DNA from: Candidatus Latescibacterota bacterium | GTDB taxonomy: Bacteria; Latescibacterota; UBA2968 | Direction of reading: 5' to 3' | Assembly (NCBI GenBank): GCA_965222605.1 | Contig: OZ244960.1 | Location: 6,016,001-6,080,000 of the forward strand | DNA length: 64,000 bases | Part shown: in pieces, positions 29,375 to 38,991 of the stretch | Layout: the number at the start of each line of letters is the position of its first letter | How positions within the stretch are numbered: position 1 is the first letter of the stretch | Program-made: the position numbers and the translations under genes | The notes under the pieces: model-generated | The model's input: only the letters and a program-made list of their open reading frames with translations | Told to the model about the DNA's origin: nothing | Database searches by the model: none

Positions 29375-31822
29375 ATGAAGGTTTTTGCCTGGCTGGCAAT
29401 CTGTCTCTGGGTCCTGGCAGCACCCTTTGTCGCGCAGGCGGACAACGCCTTCCTTTCCGCTCATTTGGACACCGAACGGGATTCGTCGGTAGCCGCGGGG
29501 GGCCTGTTGGTGCGCGACCGGGGTATAGATGCGGCCGTCGATACCCTGGTCCGTCTGGTCGAGGCGCATCCGGAAGACGCGGTTCTTCTAACGCGGCTTG
29601 GGCATGCCTATCTCAAGGTCAAAGATTTCGACGCGGCCGGGCAGGCTTTCGGCAGAGCCAGGAAACTCGACCCGGGCTTACCCGATGCCTGTGTAGGCCA
29701 GGGGCTGGTCTATGTAGAGCGGCCAGCCAGGGGCATGGCAGCTTATTACAATTTCCGCCGGGCGGTGGGCGCAGCCAAACAGGCAATCCGGATCGATTCG
29801 ACGTACGCACCGGCCTACCGGTTGCTGGGGACGATCTATGCACGCTTCGATGAAGACTACGATAAAGCTGTTGAATATTTCACAAGGTACCTCGATCTGG
29901 TGCCCGGCTATCTGGACGGTCTGTACCCCTTTGGACTCGCTTGCGTCCAGACTGGACAATATGAAAGGATTGATCATTACATCACCCCCCGCATCGATGT
30001 GCAGCCTCACCAGATCGACTTGCTGCCGCTTGTAGCCCAGGCGCACTTCTTCCAAGAACGCTACGAAGGAGCTCTGGAAGTTTTCGAGCGTTATTTGCAG
30101 AAGCTGGATGGCGCAGAGCGGCAGCTTTATACGGATATTTCCCTCATCGCTTCCCAGAAAGAAATCCAGGATTACCGGGCCACGTCCGGGGATGCGCGTA
30201 TCGCCTATCTGGAGCAGTTCTGGGCCAGGCGAGACCCGGATATTCTGAGCAGTATCAACGAACGCATCATCGAACACTACCGCCGGGTTTGGTACGCCCG
30301 CACCTTTTTTTCTTACAATGCCCATCCCTGGGACCGGCGTGGCGAGGTTTATATTCGATATGGAGAGCCGGATCACCGCTCGCGGTCCACACGCAGGCAT
30401 TTTACCCAGAGTTCTGCCGTTGAGGTTGTGCGCAACCGGATGGCCGCTACGCTCTACGGTCCCGAGGCTGCTTACCTCACGTTCACCGGCCCGATTTTCC
30501 CAGTGCGCGCCCGCCGTAGCGCCAGTGCTGCGGTTCGTTTCGGAGAGGACCGGTCTGAGCCTGGAACGGAAGACCTTGAGGCCGACATCAGCACGGCTCG
30601 GGGCGAGGGGGTGGAGGGGGAAGAACTTCCCACATCCGTTTTTGCAGGCTCCGACGCAGCTAATCCTGCAAATATCCACAGCAACCCCCAGGTCGGTGTT
30701 CTGGAAGGCAAGCTCAATTTCGGGGGCTATATGCCTGTAACCCTGGGCAACGAAAATGCAACCGTGCCCTGGGAGACCTGGACCTATACGCAGATCGGTG
30801 GGGGCCTCGAAATCACCTTTACGGATGAACGGGGAACCGGGCAGTTTGATTTTGCTCCCATTCCCCCGCCCAATCTGGATGCGAATCTCAAGCAGCTTTC
30901 TCTGCTCTCCGAATTTGCTCCCACCCTCGTCTATGAGAACACAATTGCTACTGCTCCAGACCACTACCGCCCGTTTTTCCAGCATCCCCATCTGGACTTC
31001 TACTACGATCTGGCAGGTTTCCGAGGCCAGGACGGTCGAACGGTTCTGGAAATCTACTACGCCCTTCCGGGTGAGCAGATCGAACTGGTCGAAAAAGCGG
31101 ACTCGGCCTATGCGTATGTCCGGTGCGCGGTGGCCCTGGCTGATGGGAATTTTACCGAAATCTACCGGACTGCCATAAAACAGATCTACGGGGTGGCAAC
31201 TGGTTTCGACCAGCAAAAAGGGGCGTTTTTGCCCGAAATTCTCAGACTCAATGTGCCCCCAGGCCACTACGAACTCCAGGTACAGGTTAAAGACCTGACC
31301 TCGGATCGCACCGGCATTTACCGACAATCTGTAGATGTGCCTGACTATGGTGACGAGCGCCTGTTGCTCAGCGACATCCTTCTGGCCGCTTCGATTGGGG
31401 AGGCGGGCTCAATGGAAAAATTCCAGAAAGGGGATATTTGGGTCGTTCCCATGCCCACCCGAACCTTCGGCAAAGGTCAGAAAATCTATATCTACTACGA
31501 AATTTACAATCTGAAGCGGGACGAATTCGGCCGCACTCGGTACAAAGCACAGTACAGAGTACGGCCCGTCTCGGAGAAATCGATCGGCGACCTCAGCGTC
31601 CTCTTATCGGGACTGAGCACCCTGTTGAAAAGCCGAAAGCCTCAGGTTTCGATAGACTACGAACAGGTCGGCTCGGATCAGGAGGTCGAAACGGCGTATT
31701 TCGAACTCGATTTGACCAAAACAAAAATGGGGATCAAAGCACTGGAAGTCACGGTCACAGACCTGGTCAGCGGTCAATCTGAAATCCGTGAGATTAACTT
31801 TTCCTACGGTCAGGGCCGCTAA
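29375..31822 (+). CDS. TPR-repeat GWxTD-domain protein
   Basis: Signal peptide; TPRs; FWARRDPD...NERIIEHYRRVWYARTFF...WDRRGEVYIRYGEPD, WETWTY; RBS GGAGG. Confidence 0.8.
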   Translation: MKVFAWLAICLWVLAAPFVAQADNAFLSAHLDTERDSSVAAGGLLVRDRGIDAAVDTLVRLVEAHPEDAVLLTRLGHAYLKVKDFDAAGQAFGRARKLDPGLPDACVGQGLVYVERPARGMAAYYNFRRAVGAAKQAIRIDSTYAPAYRLLGTIYARFDEDYDKAVEYFTRYLDLVPGYLDGLYPFGLACVQTGQYERIDHYITPRIDVQPHQIDLLPLVAQAHFFQERYEGALEVFERYLQKLDGAERQLYTDISLIASQKEIQDYRATSGDARIAYLEQFWARRDPDILSSINERIIEHYRRVWYARTFFSYNAHPWDRRGEVYIRYGEPDHRSRSTRRHFTQSSAVEVVRNRMAATLYGPEAAYLTFTGPIFPVRARRSASAAVRFGEDRSEPGTEDLEADISTARGEGVEGEELPTSVFAGSDAANPANIHSNPQVGVLEGKLNFGGYMPVTLGNENATVPWETWTYTQIGGGLEITFTDERGTGQFDFAPIPPPNLDANLKQLSLLSEFAPTLVYENTIATAPDHYRPFFQHPHLDFYYDLAGFRGQDGRTVLEIYYALPGEQIELVEKADSAYAYVRCAVALADGNFTEIYRTAIKQIYGVATGFDQQKGAFLPEILRLNVPPGHYELQVQVKDLTSDRTGIYRQSVDVPDYGDERLLLSDILLAASIGEAGSMEKFQKGDIWVVPMPTRTFGKGQKIYIYYEIYNLKRDEFGRTRYKAQYRVRPVSEKSIGDLSVLLSGLSTLLKSRKPQVSIDYEQVGSDQEVETAYFELDLTKTKMGIKALEVTVTDLVSGQSEIREINFSYGQGR

Positions 31823-31912
31823 GATAGATTGGTATTGGTATATAGGAGAGGTCCACCGACCCTGGACCTTTGTCATAACCAAAACCTCCGGTACCGGGGC
31901 AAGATAAAAATT

Positions 31913-31943
31913 AGGGAACGGCACAAAAGCCGTTCCCTTTTTT
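31913..31943 (+). terminator. Rho-independent terminator
   Basis: AGGGAACGGC-acaaaa-GCCGTTCCCT then TTTTT. Confidence 0.85.
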
Positions 31944-32059
31944 CGGCCTCTGTTACCTCTTGTGTTGCGAGCATTCTCCTTGACACTTCCCCTTGAACAT
32001 CGTAGATAAAACCGATGAATCGAATGTCGGCAAAGAGCCATGTGATAGGAGGCGAAATT

Positions 32060-33445
32060 ATGGCGCCCAATATTGTTTTGTTGCTTACGGATCAGTTGAG
32101 ACGCGATGCGTTGGGGTGTTATGGCAATGAGATATGTCAGACGCCCAATTTGGACCGACTTGCAGAGGAGGGCATACGGTTTGATCAGGCTTATACCACA
32201 AGCCCTGTTTGTTCACCAGCGCGCGCTTCGTTGATGAGCGGTCTTTATCCGCACAATCACGGGGTGATGCTCAATACGCATATCGCGCCTGCGTGGAGTA
32301 GGGGATTGTCAACAGATGTGCCGACGTTTAGCCGTTTGCTCAAAGAGGCGGGGTATGTGCTGGATTATGCGGGTAAGTGGCATGTCCATCAAGATATTGG
32401 ACCTGGGGAATACGGCTTTGATCGACATGAGATGGGTAGAGCTGGACACGGGAAAATAGTCCCCGGTACAGAATTGACGATTGAATTTCCCGGAGGTTCT
32501 TTTCCGGTGGCAGGAACATGCGAGATGCCGCCAGAGGAGAACAAAACGTGGAAGGTGACGGATTGTGGGATCGAGATGTTGCGCGAAAGAGCGGGAGGAG
32601 ACAAGCCGTTTTTTTTGCGGATTGATGCAACAGCACCTCATTTTGCCAATATTGTGCCAGAGCCGTATGCGTCAATGTACGATCCCAAAGCCATTCCGCC
32701 ATGGCCAAATTTTGACGAATCCTTTGAAGGCAAACCCGCCACCCATTTGCGCAAACATCGAGAATGGAATCTCGAAAATAAAGATTGGGCCTGGTGGCGA
32801 CAGGTGGTTGCCAAATATTATGGCGATGTGTCTCTGATTGATACATGCGTGGGACGCGTGCTGGATGAGATACGGGAATGTGGGATTGAGGACAATACGA
32901 TATTTCTTTTTAGTACAGATCACGGAGATGCCACGGGCAGTCACAAGCATTTTGAAAAATCCGGGACAATGTACGATGAGGTATTTCGGATTCCGCTGTT
33001 GATGAAAGTGCCAGGAGGTGTAAGTCGCAGTGTCTCGCAATTTGTTCGGCTGATGGATTTGATGCCTACATTTGTCGAATGGGGTGGTGGGAAATTGCCC
33101 GAAGGATTGGATGCGAGAAGTTTGGTGCCGCTTGTAAATGGCGATGATCCCGACGATTGGGCAGATAGCGTGTATTGCGAAAGCCACGGTGAGGTATGGG
33201 GCTATAGCTCACAGCGAATGGTGCGCACGGAGAAATGGAAATACGTATATACACCTCACGACCTGGATGAATTATACGATCTCGAAAACGATCCTGCGGA
33301 GATGAATAATCGGATTGATGACCCGATGTGTGCCAATGTGTTAGAGAATATGAAAGGTCGCCTGTTGGGGTGGAATGATGCGACCAATGATATGTTTCAA
33401 TGGCGTTGGGTGAGATGGAATTTTCCCGAGCCGATTGCGCCATAA
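32060..33445 (+). CDS. Sulfatase (Cys-type)
   Basis: PNIVLLLTDQ, CSPARASLMSG, GKWH, TDHGD; RBS AGGAGG. Confidence 0.92.
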   Translation: MAPNIVLLLTDQLRRDALGCYGNEICQTPNLDRLAEEGIRFDQAYTTSPVCSPARASLMSGLYPHNHGVMLNTHIAPAWSRGLSTDVPTFSRLLKEAGYVLDYAGKWHVHQDIGPGEYGFDRHEMGRAGHGKIVPGTELTIEFPGGSFPVAGTCEMPPEENKTWKVTDCGIEMLRERAGGDKPFFLRIDATAPHFANIVPEPYASMYDPKAIPPWPNFDESFEGKPATHLRKHREWNLENKDWAWWRQVVAKYYGDVSLIDTCVGRVLDEIRECGIEDNTIFLFSTDHGDATGSHKHFEKSGTMYDEVFRIPLLMKVPGGVSRSVSQFVRLMDLMPTFVEWGGGKLPEGLDARSLVPLVNGDDPDDWADSVYCESHGEVWGYSSQRMVRTEKWKYVYTPHDLDELYDLENDPAEMNNRIDDPMCANVLENMKGRLLGWNDATNDMFQWRWVRWNFPEPIAP

Positions 33446-33468
33446 ATAATGGAAAACAAAGGTAAGGC

Positions 33469-33513
33469 ATGTTGCATCTCGAACGACTGAAAGATAAGAG
33501 GAGGACAAAATGA
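33469..33513 (+). pseudogene. C-terminal remnant of a RelE/HigB-type toxin
   Basis: MLHLERLKDKRRTK* with ATGA overlap onto the antitoxin; resembles the tails of toxins that precede this antitoxin type. Confidence 0.45.
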
Positions 33514-33848
33514 CGACTCTATCAGAGAGATTGGACCGGCTCCCCCCAGCGCGTCGGAAGAAAGTGGAGGAGCGGGCCAGGGCGTTGATCGCTGAAGAGA
33601 TGTCTCTACGAGACCTGCGCAAGGCGCTGAAACAGACGCAGGTGCGCGTGGCAAAGGAACTCGGGATCAATCAGGAAAACGTATCCCGTATTGAAAAGCG
33701 TAGCGACTTGCTGCTATCCACGCTCAGTGGCTATGTCGAAGCGATGGGTGGAACATTGCGCCTGGTAGCGGAATTCCCCGACCGTCCGCCCGTTGCACTG
33801 ACGGGCATTGCGGCTCTGGATAAGGAAGACACGCCGGCAAAGCCATAG
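33510..33848 (+). CDS. XRE-family HTH antitoxin (HigA-like), orphan
   Basis: LRDLRKALKQTQVRVAKELGINQENVSRIEKRSDLLLSTLSGYVEAMGG. Confidence 0.88.
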   Translation: MTTLSERLDRLPPARRKKVEERARALIAEEMSLRDLRKALKQTQVRVAKELGINQENVSRIEKRSDLLLSTLSGYVEAMGGTLRLVAEFPDRPPVALTGIAALDKEDTPAKP

Positions 33849-33868
33849 TGGCGCACATAAGGTAAGAC

Positions 33869-34073
33869 ATGGAATATCGCGAGTTGGGAAAAAGTGGGGT
33901 GTCCGATTTTTCAGTTAGACGAATTGTGGAAAGTATGGATGAAAGTCTTATGCGATTGGGGTTGGATTATGTGAATATTTTCCAGTGTCACGATATTGCT
34001 TACCGAGGTACTTGAGATCCTGAAGCCGATACGGAACACTACCTGGGTGCGTGGACTGCCTGAGAACAATTGA
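33869..34073 (+). pseudogene. Collapsed aldo/keto reductase remnant
   Basis: MEYRELGKSG / DFS..RIVESMDESLMRLG / LDYVNIFQCHDI / EVLEILKPIRNTTW..GLPENN* pieces with frameshifts. Confidence 0.7.
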
Positions 34074-35314
34074 AATACAAGTTGATCTATACTGCGTATT
34101 GCTCCACCGCCTCGGGGTCCAGTTCCAGGCCCAGACCCGGTTTGTCGGGATTGGGTGACCAGACGCCATTGACCGGCTCGGAAAATTCTGTGTAGGTTAT
34201 CTGGTCGGCTTCTTCTACTATGCCGAGGTATTCCACAATTCGTAGATTCGGGGTCGCGCAAGCCAGGTGCAGGTGGATGAGTTGGTAGGCATGAGGAGCA
34301 ACGGGCAAGTTGAAGGCGTGGGCCAGGTGCGCCACTTTCATCCATTCGGTGATGCCGCCGACCCGGCCCACATCGGGTTGGACGATATCCGCTCCGCCCC
34401 GGGCGATGAGGTCTTTAAAGCCGTATTTGGTGTACTCGTGTTCGCCGGTTGCGATGGGAATCGTGGTGGCACGGGCAATAGCGGCCAGGCCTTCGATGTC
34501 ATCGGCCAGCACGGGTTCTTCAAACCATCCGATGTTGTATTCCTCAAACGCCTGGGCCATGCGAATGGCTTGCTTGGCGTAGTACCCATTGTTTGCGTCA
34601 ACGAGAATCTCCACGTCATCGCCCAGTGCTTTCCGCACCGCAGATAGTCGCGCCACATCTTCCCCCTCACTTCGGCCAAAATCTTTGCCGACCTTCATTT
34701 TGACGGACTTCATGCCGCGTTCTACATAGCCGGCCTGTTCGGCAATTAATTCATCTATGCTGAAGTGGGTCCAACCGCCGCTACCGTAAACCGGGACGGT
34801 GTCAGTATAAGGACCGAGCAATTTGTAGAGGGGAGTTTGATAATACTTGGCCTTCAAGTCCCACAGGGCAATATCGACTGCCGAAAGGGCACAAAAGGCC
34901 AGGCCCTTGCGGCCCACACCGCGTATGCGCCAGAACATGTTGTCCCACAACTGTTCGATGTTAAGTGGGTCCTGACCCACCAGAATGGGTTTGAGCGACC
35001 CTTCAATGATCTCACGGGCGGCCCGTGCGCCCCCTCCTGTGCCCAGCCCTTCCAATCCCTCATCGGTGACGATGTGGACAAAGCACTGTGTTCTGCCCTG
35101 TTCAAGGTGACGAATGGTGGCGTCCTGGATGCCTCCCAGATGAGGCATCGACAGGACGGTTGTTTTTACATCTGTAATTTGCACGGTGACTCTCTCCTGA
35201 GGGGGTTATGATATCTGGAAAGATTGCGTAGCGATATAAATTACGACGACATCATTTAAAAGTCTATCGATATGTGCTCGATCAGACGGATGTGGGCTGC
35301 CTGAGAACAATTGA
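34051..35314 (+). repeat. 23-bp direct repeat pair flanking a single gene
   Basis: GTGG(A/G)CTGCCTGAGAACAATTGA at 34051-34073 and 35292-35314. Confidence 0.85.
34087..35184 (-). CDS. Mandelate racemase/muconate lactonizing enzyme family protein
   Basis: ALWDLKAK, KMKVG, VDAN, FEEP, TGEH, VAPH, PGLGLEL. Confidence 0.92.
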   Translation of the reverse strand: MQITDVKTTVLSMPHLGGIQDATIRHLEQGRTQCFVHIVTDEGLEGLGTGGGARAAREIIEGSLKPILVGQDPLNIEQLWDNMFWRIRGVGRKGLAFCALSAVDIALWDLKAKYYQTPLYKLLGPYTDTVPVYGSGGWTHFSIDELIAEQAGYVERGMKSVKMKVGKDFGRSEGEDVARLSAVRKALGDDVEILVDANNGYYAKQAIRMAQAFEEYNIGWFEEPVLADDIEGLAAIARATTIPIATGEHEYTKYGFKDLIARGGADIVQPDVGRVGGITEWMKVAHLAHAFNLPVAPHAYQLIHLHLACATPNLRIVEYLGIVEEADQITYTEFSEPVNGVWSPNPDKPGLGLELDPEAVEQYAV

Positions 35315-35352
35315 TATGTCGGATACGCCCCTTACTACATTGGAGGTATGAC

Positions 35353-37398
35353 ATGGAGAAAGTTGGTTTATGGATCATGAGTTTATTGACGGTGTCTGTG
35401 CTGTATTCAAATGTAGAAGCACGGGGAACGTACCCATCTCAGCCGATGCTCGATGCACGGGGTGTGGGCATTTTGCATTTAGATGGTTTGCAGTTCAAAG
35501 ACTTGAATAAGAATGGCAAAGTTGATGTGTATGAAGATTGGCGTCAGCCCGTTGACAAGCGCGTGGCGAATCTGCTTTCGCACATGACATTGGAAGAAAA
35601 GGCTGGTATGCTGCTCATCAATACGTTAAACGCTGAGTCTGGCGGTCGGTTCTCTGATCGCGCTGTGCAATTTGTTGAGACGGAAAAGATGACCCGTTTT
35701 ATCTTTCGCAACACTGTTACTGCGACGCCTGGCTCTGACAAGGGATCGCGGAGGCGTGGCGCTGAAATTACTCCTTATGAAGCCGCGCAGTTTATGAATG
35801 CGATGCAGGAACTTGCTGAGGCGACCCGTCTGGGTATTCCCGCGCTATTCAAATCCAATGCCAGAAACCACTACGAACACGATGCAAGAGCAGGCATCAG
35901 CGTTTCGGCAGGCTCGTTTTCGGAATGGCCAAAAGAAGCAGGGCTGGCGGCAACGCGAGATATGGAACTGATTGCAGAGTTTGCCCAGATTATGGCCCAG
36001 GAGTGGACATCGATTGGTTTGCGATCGATGTATGGCTATATGGCCGATCTTGCGACAGAACCGCGCTGGTATCGGGCTCATGAGACATTTACAGAAGATG
36101 CAGATCTGGCCGCCAATATCATGACTGTTCTGGTGAAGAATCTACAGGGTGAGCAACTGAATTCAAAAAGTGTTGCGCTGACAATGAAACACTTTCCCGG
36201 CGGCGGTCCTCAGGAAGGCGGTGGTGATCCGCACTACGATTTTGGTAAGAATCAGGTTTATCCTGCGAAAAACTTTGATTATCATGTAAGGCCATTTAAA
36301 GCTGCCATCGATGCAGGGGTGTCATCAATTATGCCTTATTATGGCGTTCCAATCGGTCAGCAGTATTTGCCCAATGATGTGGGAATGGCTTTCTCGAAGG
36401 GAATTTTGACCGAGTTGCTGCGAAACAACCTTGGGTTTAAGGGGTATGTCAATTCTGATACAGGCATTATTGGTGGTCGAGCATGGGGTTTGGAAGACAA
36501 GAGCATTGATGAACAGATTGTCATTGCTGTAGAGGCTGGAACCGATGTATTGTCTGGTTTTAACAATAACAAACAGATTTTGAATCTTGTGACTGGCGGA
36601 AAGCTTTCTGAAGAACGGGTTGATCTGTCTGTGCGCAGGCTCTTAAGAGAACAATTTCAGTTGGGTCTTTTTGAAAATCCTTATGTGGATCCCAATCGGG
36701 CAGGTTATCTGGTGGGCAACCGGGCATTTCAGAAGAAAGCGGAGATTGCGCAGCGCAAATCTATTGTTTTGCTGCAAAACAACGCTGGTATATTGCCCCT
36801 GAAGGCCCAAAGTGAGACAGATTCTATTCAGATTTATACAATGGGTGTGAACCCAGAAGTGGTAAGAGATCCATCGTGGTCTGGTTATGTTGTGGTGGCA
36901 GGAGACTATGATTCGAGCAAGGGTGAGACGCGGCCAGTTGTGCCAAAAGGGACGGATTATGCGATTTTGCGAGTTGTTGTCTCTAACCCGCGTTCGCAGG
37001 AAAGACGCTTTGGTGGAGCCAACCCGGATGAACTGGATTTGCTGGCGTTTTCTGATATGGCAAAGGCCAAATCCTGGTCCATTTCACCTTCTCTCACGGA
37101 TATTCAGGGTATTATGAAGGAAGTGGGGGCCAATAAGACTATTCTCGCCATTCGGTTTCGGCAACCCTATGTTCTGGATCAGCACAGTGGGTTGAGAAAG
37201 GCTGGCGCGATTTTGGCGACTTTTGGCGTGAGCGATGCAGCTATTTTAGATATTCTGACTGGAAAATTCAAACCTTCGGGGAAACTTCCTTTTGCTCTGG
37301 CTAAAAATGCAAAGGCGATTGCGAAACAGGATCCAGACGCACCGGGATACGACAAAGCAGACACGCTGTTTCCGTTTGGTCATGGTTTGAGTTATTAG
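35353..37398 (+). CDS. Glycoside hydrolase family 3 (beta-glucosidase-like), secreted
   Basis: FKDLNKNG, MTLEEKAG, KHFPGGG, VNSDTG, PSGKLPF, LFPFGHGLSY; RBS GGAGG. Confidence 0.92.
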   Translation: MEKVGLWIMSLLTVSVLYSNVEARGTYPSQPMLDARGVGILHLDGLQFKDLNKNGKVDVYEDWRQPVDKRVANLLSHMTLEEKAGMLLINTLNAESGGRFSDRAVQFVETEKMTRFIFRNTVTATPGSDKGSRRRGAEITPYEAAQFMNAMQELAEATRLGIPALFKSNARNHYEHDARAGISVSAGSFSEWPKEAGLAATRDMELIAEFAQIMAQEWTSIGLRSMYGYMADLATEPRWYRAHETFTEDADLAANIMTVLVKNLQGEQLNSKSVALTMKHFPGGGPQEGGGDPHYDFGKNQVYPAKNFDYHVRPFKAAIDAGVSSIMPYYGVPIGQQYLPNDVGMAFSKGILTELLRNNLGFKGYVNSDTGIIGGRAWGLEDKSIDEQIVIAVEAGTDVLSGFNNNKQILNLVTGGKLSEERVDLSVRRLLREQFQLGLFENPYVDPNRAGYLVGNRAFQKKAEIAQRKSIVLLQNNAGILPLKAQSETDSIQIYTMGVNPEVVRDPSWSGYVVVAGDYDSSKGETRPVVPKGTDYAILRVVVSNPRSQERRFGGANPDELDLLAFSDMAKAKSWSISPSLTDIQGIMKEVGANKTILAIRFRQPYVLDQHSGLRKAGAILATFGVSDAAILDILTGKFKPSGKLPFALAKNAKAIAKQDPDAPGYDKADTLFPFGHGLSY

Positions 37399-37427
37399 AT
37401 TAACATAAATCCTGACAGGAGGCGAAA

Positions 37428-37493
37428 ATGCCTGATCGGCCGAATATCCTGTTTATCAACTTCGGGAATATTGGGATGCACATCCTGAATTAG
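37428..37493 (+). pseudogene. Sulfatase N-terminal remnant
   Basis: RBS AGGAGG then MPDRPNILFIN, followed by unrelated sequence and a stop. Confidence 0.55.
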
Positions 37494-37554
37494 GAGAAAT
37501 GCGGATACAGTTTTAGTTGGCGCAACCACAGATGCAAAAAGAAAGGTTTAGCAG

Positions 37555-38847
37555 ATGAGTAAGACGACAGATGATGATCTCAAAGAACGTTCCAATATTC
37601 TGATTATTTTTACTGATGATCAGGGATATGCGGATCTTGGCTGTTTTGAAAACAAAAAGAACAAGACGCCACGGCTGGATCAGTTGGCGAAGGAGGGCAC
37701 GCGCTTCACCAGCTTTTACGCCCAGCCAGTGTGCGGTCCGTCTCGTTCGGCATTGCTCACTGGTCGCTATCCGGTCCGCAGCAAAGGCTGGGGGATGCCT
37801 GCCAGTGAGATCACCTTTGCCGAGTTGATGAAACCCGCAGGATACCAGACAGCCTGTATCGGTAAGTGGGATGTCTCGAACAGGAAGGAAATTATCGAGC
37901 GCATGCCGAACGCACAGGGGTTTGATTATTATTACGGTACTCTCGGAGCAAACGACAACGGATTTATAAAGTTCCACGAGAATAACAGAGCGGTTGGTGA
38001 AACGGAAGACATGAGCTGTACGATTCGTCTGTACACCGATAAAGCGATTGATTTTCTGGAGAATCGCCGAGATCCGAACAAGCCGTTTGTGCTCTATCTG
38101 GCGCATACGATGTTGCACACGATCATCGATGCATCTCCTGAGTTTAAAGGAAAATCGGCTGGCGGGCTATATGGGGATGTGGTTGAAGAGTTAGACCATG
38201 AGACCGGGCGTTTGCTCGACAAGCTGGACGCGCTGGGGCTGCACGATGACACACTGGTGATCTATACTACCGATAACGGACCGTGGTGCCAACCCAGGTA
38301 CTATGAAAACAAGAAAGGCCATCCAGAGGGTTCCATCTTTTGGGGTGATCCCGGACCGTTGCGTGCCGGTAAGGGATCAGCTTATGAAGCTGGATCTCGT
38401 GTGCCCTGTATTGTCCGTTGGCCGGGTAAAGTCCCGGCTGGGCGTACCTCTGATGCGCTCTGGGCCACGATTGATTTAATGCCGACTTTTACCGCATTAG
38501 CAGGTGTCAAACCGCCGATGGATCGTGTGATTGATGGCATTGATCAGGCCGCATTGCTTTTGGGGCAGACCGAAGAAGGCCGAGAAACCTTTATCTATGA
38601 TCAAGTGGGAGATGGCGATGCCAATATGGGCGTCGGTATTAGAAAAGGGAAGTGGAAGCTGCTGCTCCCTGGGCGCAAACCGGAACAAGACCATCGATTT
38701 CTGATGGATTTTGGAACCAATGGTCTGGAGTTATACGATCTGGATAGCGACATTGGCGAAAAGAACAACGTCGCAGACGATCATCCTGAAGTTGTGAAAG
38801 AACTCCGTGAAACCTTAGACAGTTTTAAAAAAGGTGTAAAGGAATGA
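37555..38847 (+). CDS. Sulfatase (arylsulfatase-like, Cys-type)
   Basis: NILIIFTDDQGYAD, CGPSRSALLTG, TDNGP, GKGSAYEAG. Confidence 0.92.
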   Translation: MSKTTDDDLKERSNILIIFTDDQGYADLGCFENKKNKTPRLDQLAKEGTRFTSFYAQPVCGPSRSALLTGRYPVRSKGWGMPASEITFAELMKPAGYQTACIGKWDVSNRKEIIERMPNAQGFDYYYGTLGANDNGFIKFHENNRAVGETEDMSCTIRLYTDKAIDFLENRRDPNKPFVLYLAHTMLHTIIDASPEFKGKSAGGLYGDVVEELDHETGRLLDKLDALGLHDDTLVIYTTDNGPWCQPRYYENKKGHPEGSIFWGDPGPLRAGKGSAYEAGSRVPCIVRWPGKVPAGRTSDALWATIDLMPTFTALAGVKPPMDRVIDGIDQAALLLGQTEEGRETFIYDQVGDGDANMGVGIRKGKWKLLLPGRKPEQDHRFLMDFGTNGLELYDLDSDIGEKNNVADDHPEVVKELRETLDSFKKGVKE

Positions 38848-38906
38848 TGGAAAGGTCGTTTCTGACACACCTGTTTCTTGTCATACCAACCTACTTGGAG
38901 TGAAGC

Positions 38907-38967
38907 ATGTCAAAAAAGAATCCGAATGCGTAATGGGCAAGCGTGTCCGTATCCTGGACCCGTTCGT
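38907..38967 (+). pseudogene. Fused remnants: sulfatase-like start (MSKKNPN) plus the 3' tail of a PhyH paralog
   Basis: 38929-38967 encodes RNGQACPYPGPVR, matching the RDGMACSYPGPIR tail of the next gene. Confidence 0.6.
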
Positions 38968-38991
38968 CGATCAGGAAGGGAGGAGTAGCAC

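Noticed and set aside
29678-31327. 549-aa antisense ORF
   Set aside because: Shadow of the GWxTD gene in GC-rich DNA; no motifs. The same applies to 15012-15947, 17781-18662, 39031-39903, 53817-54875 and 57988-58881
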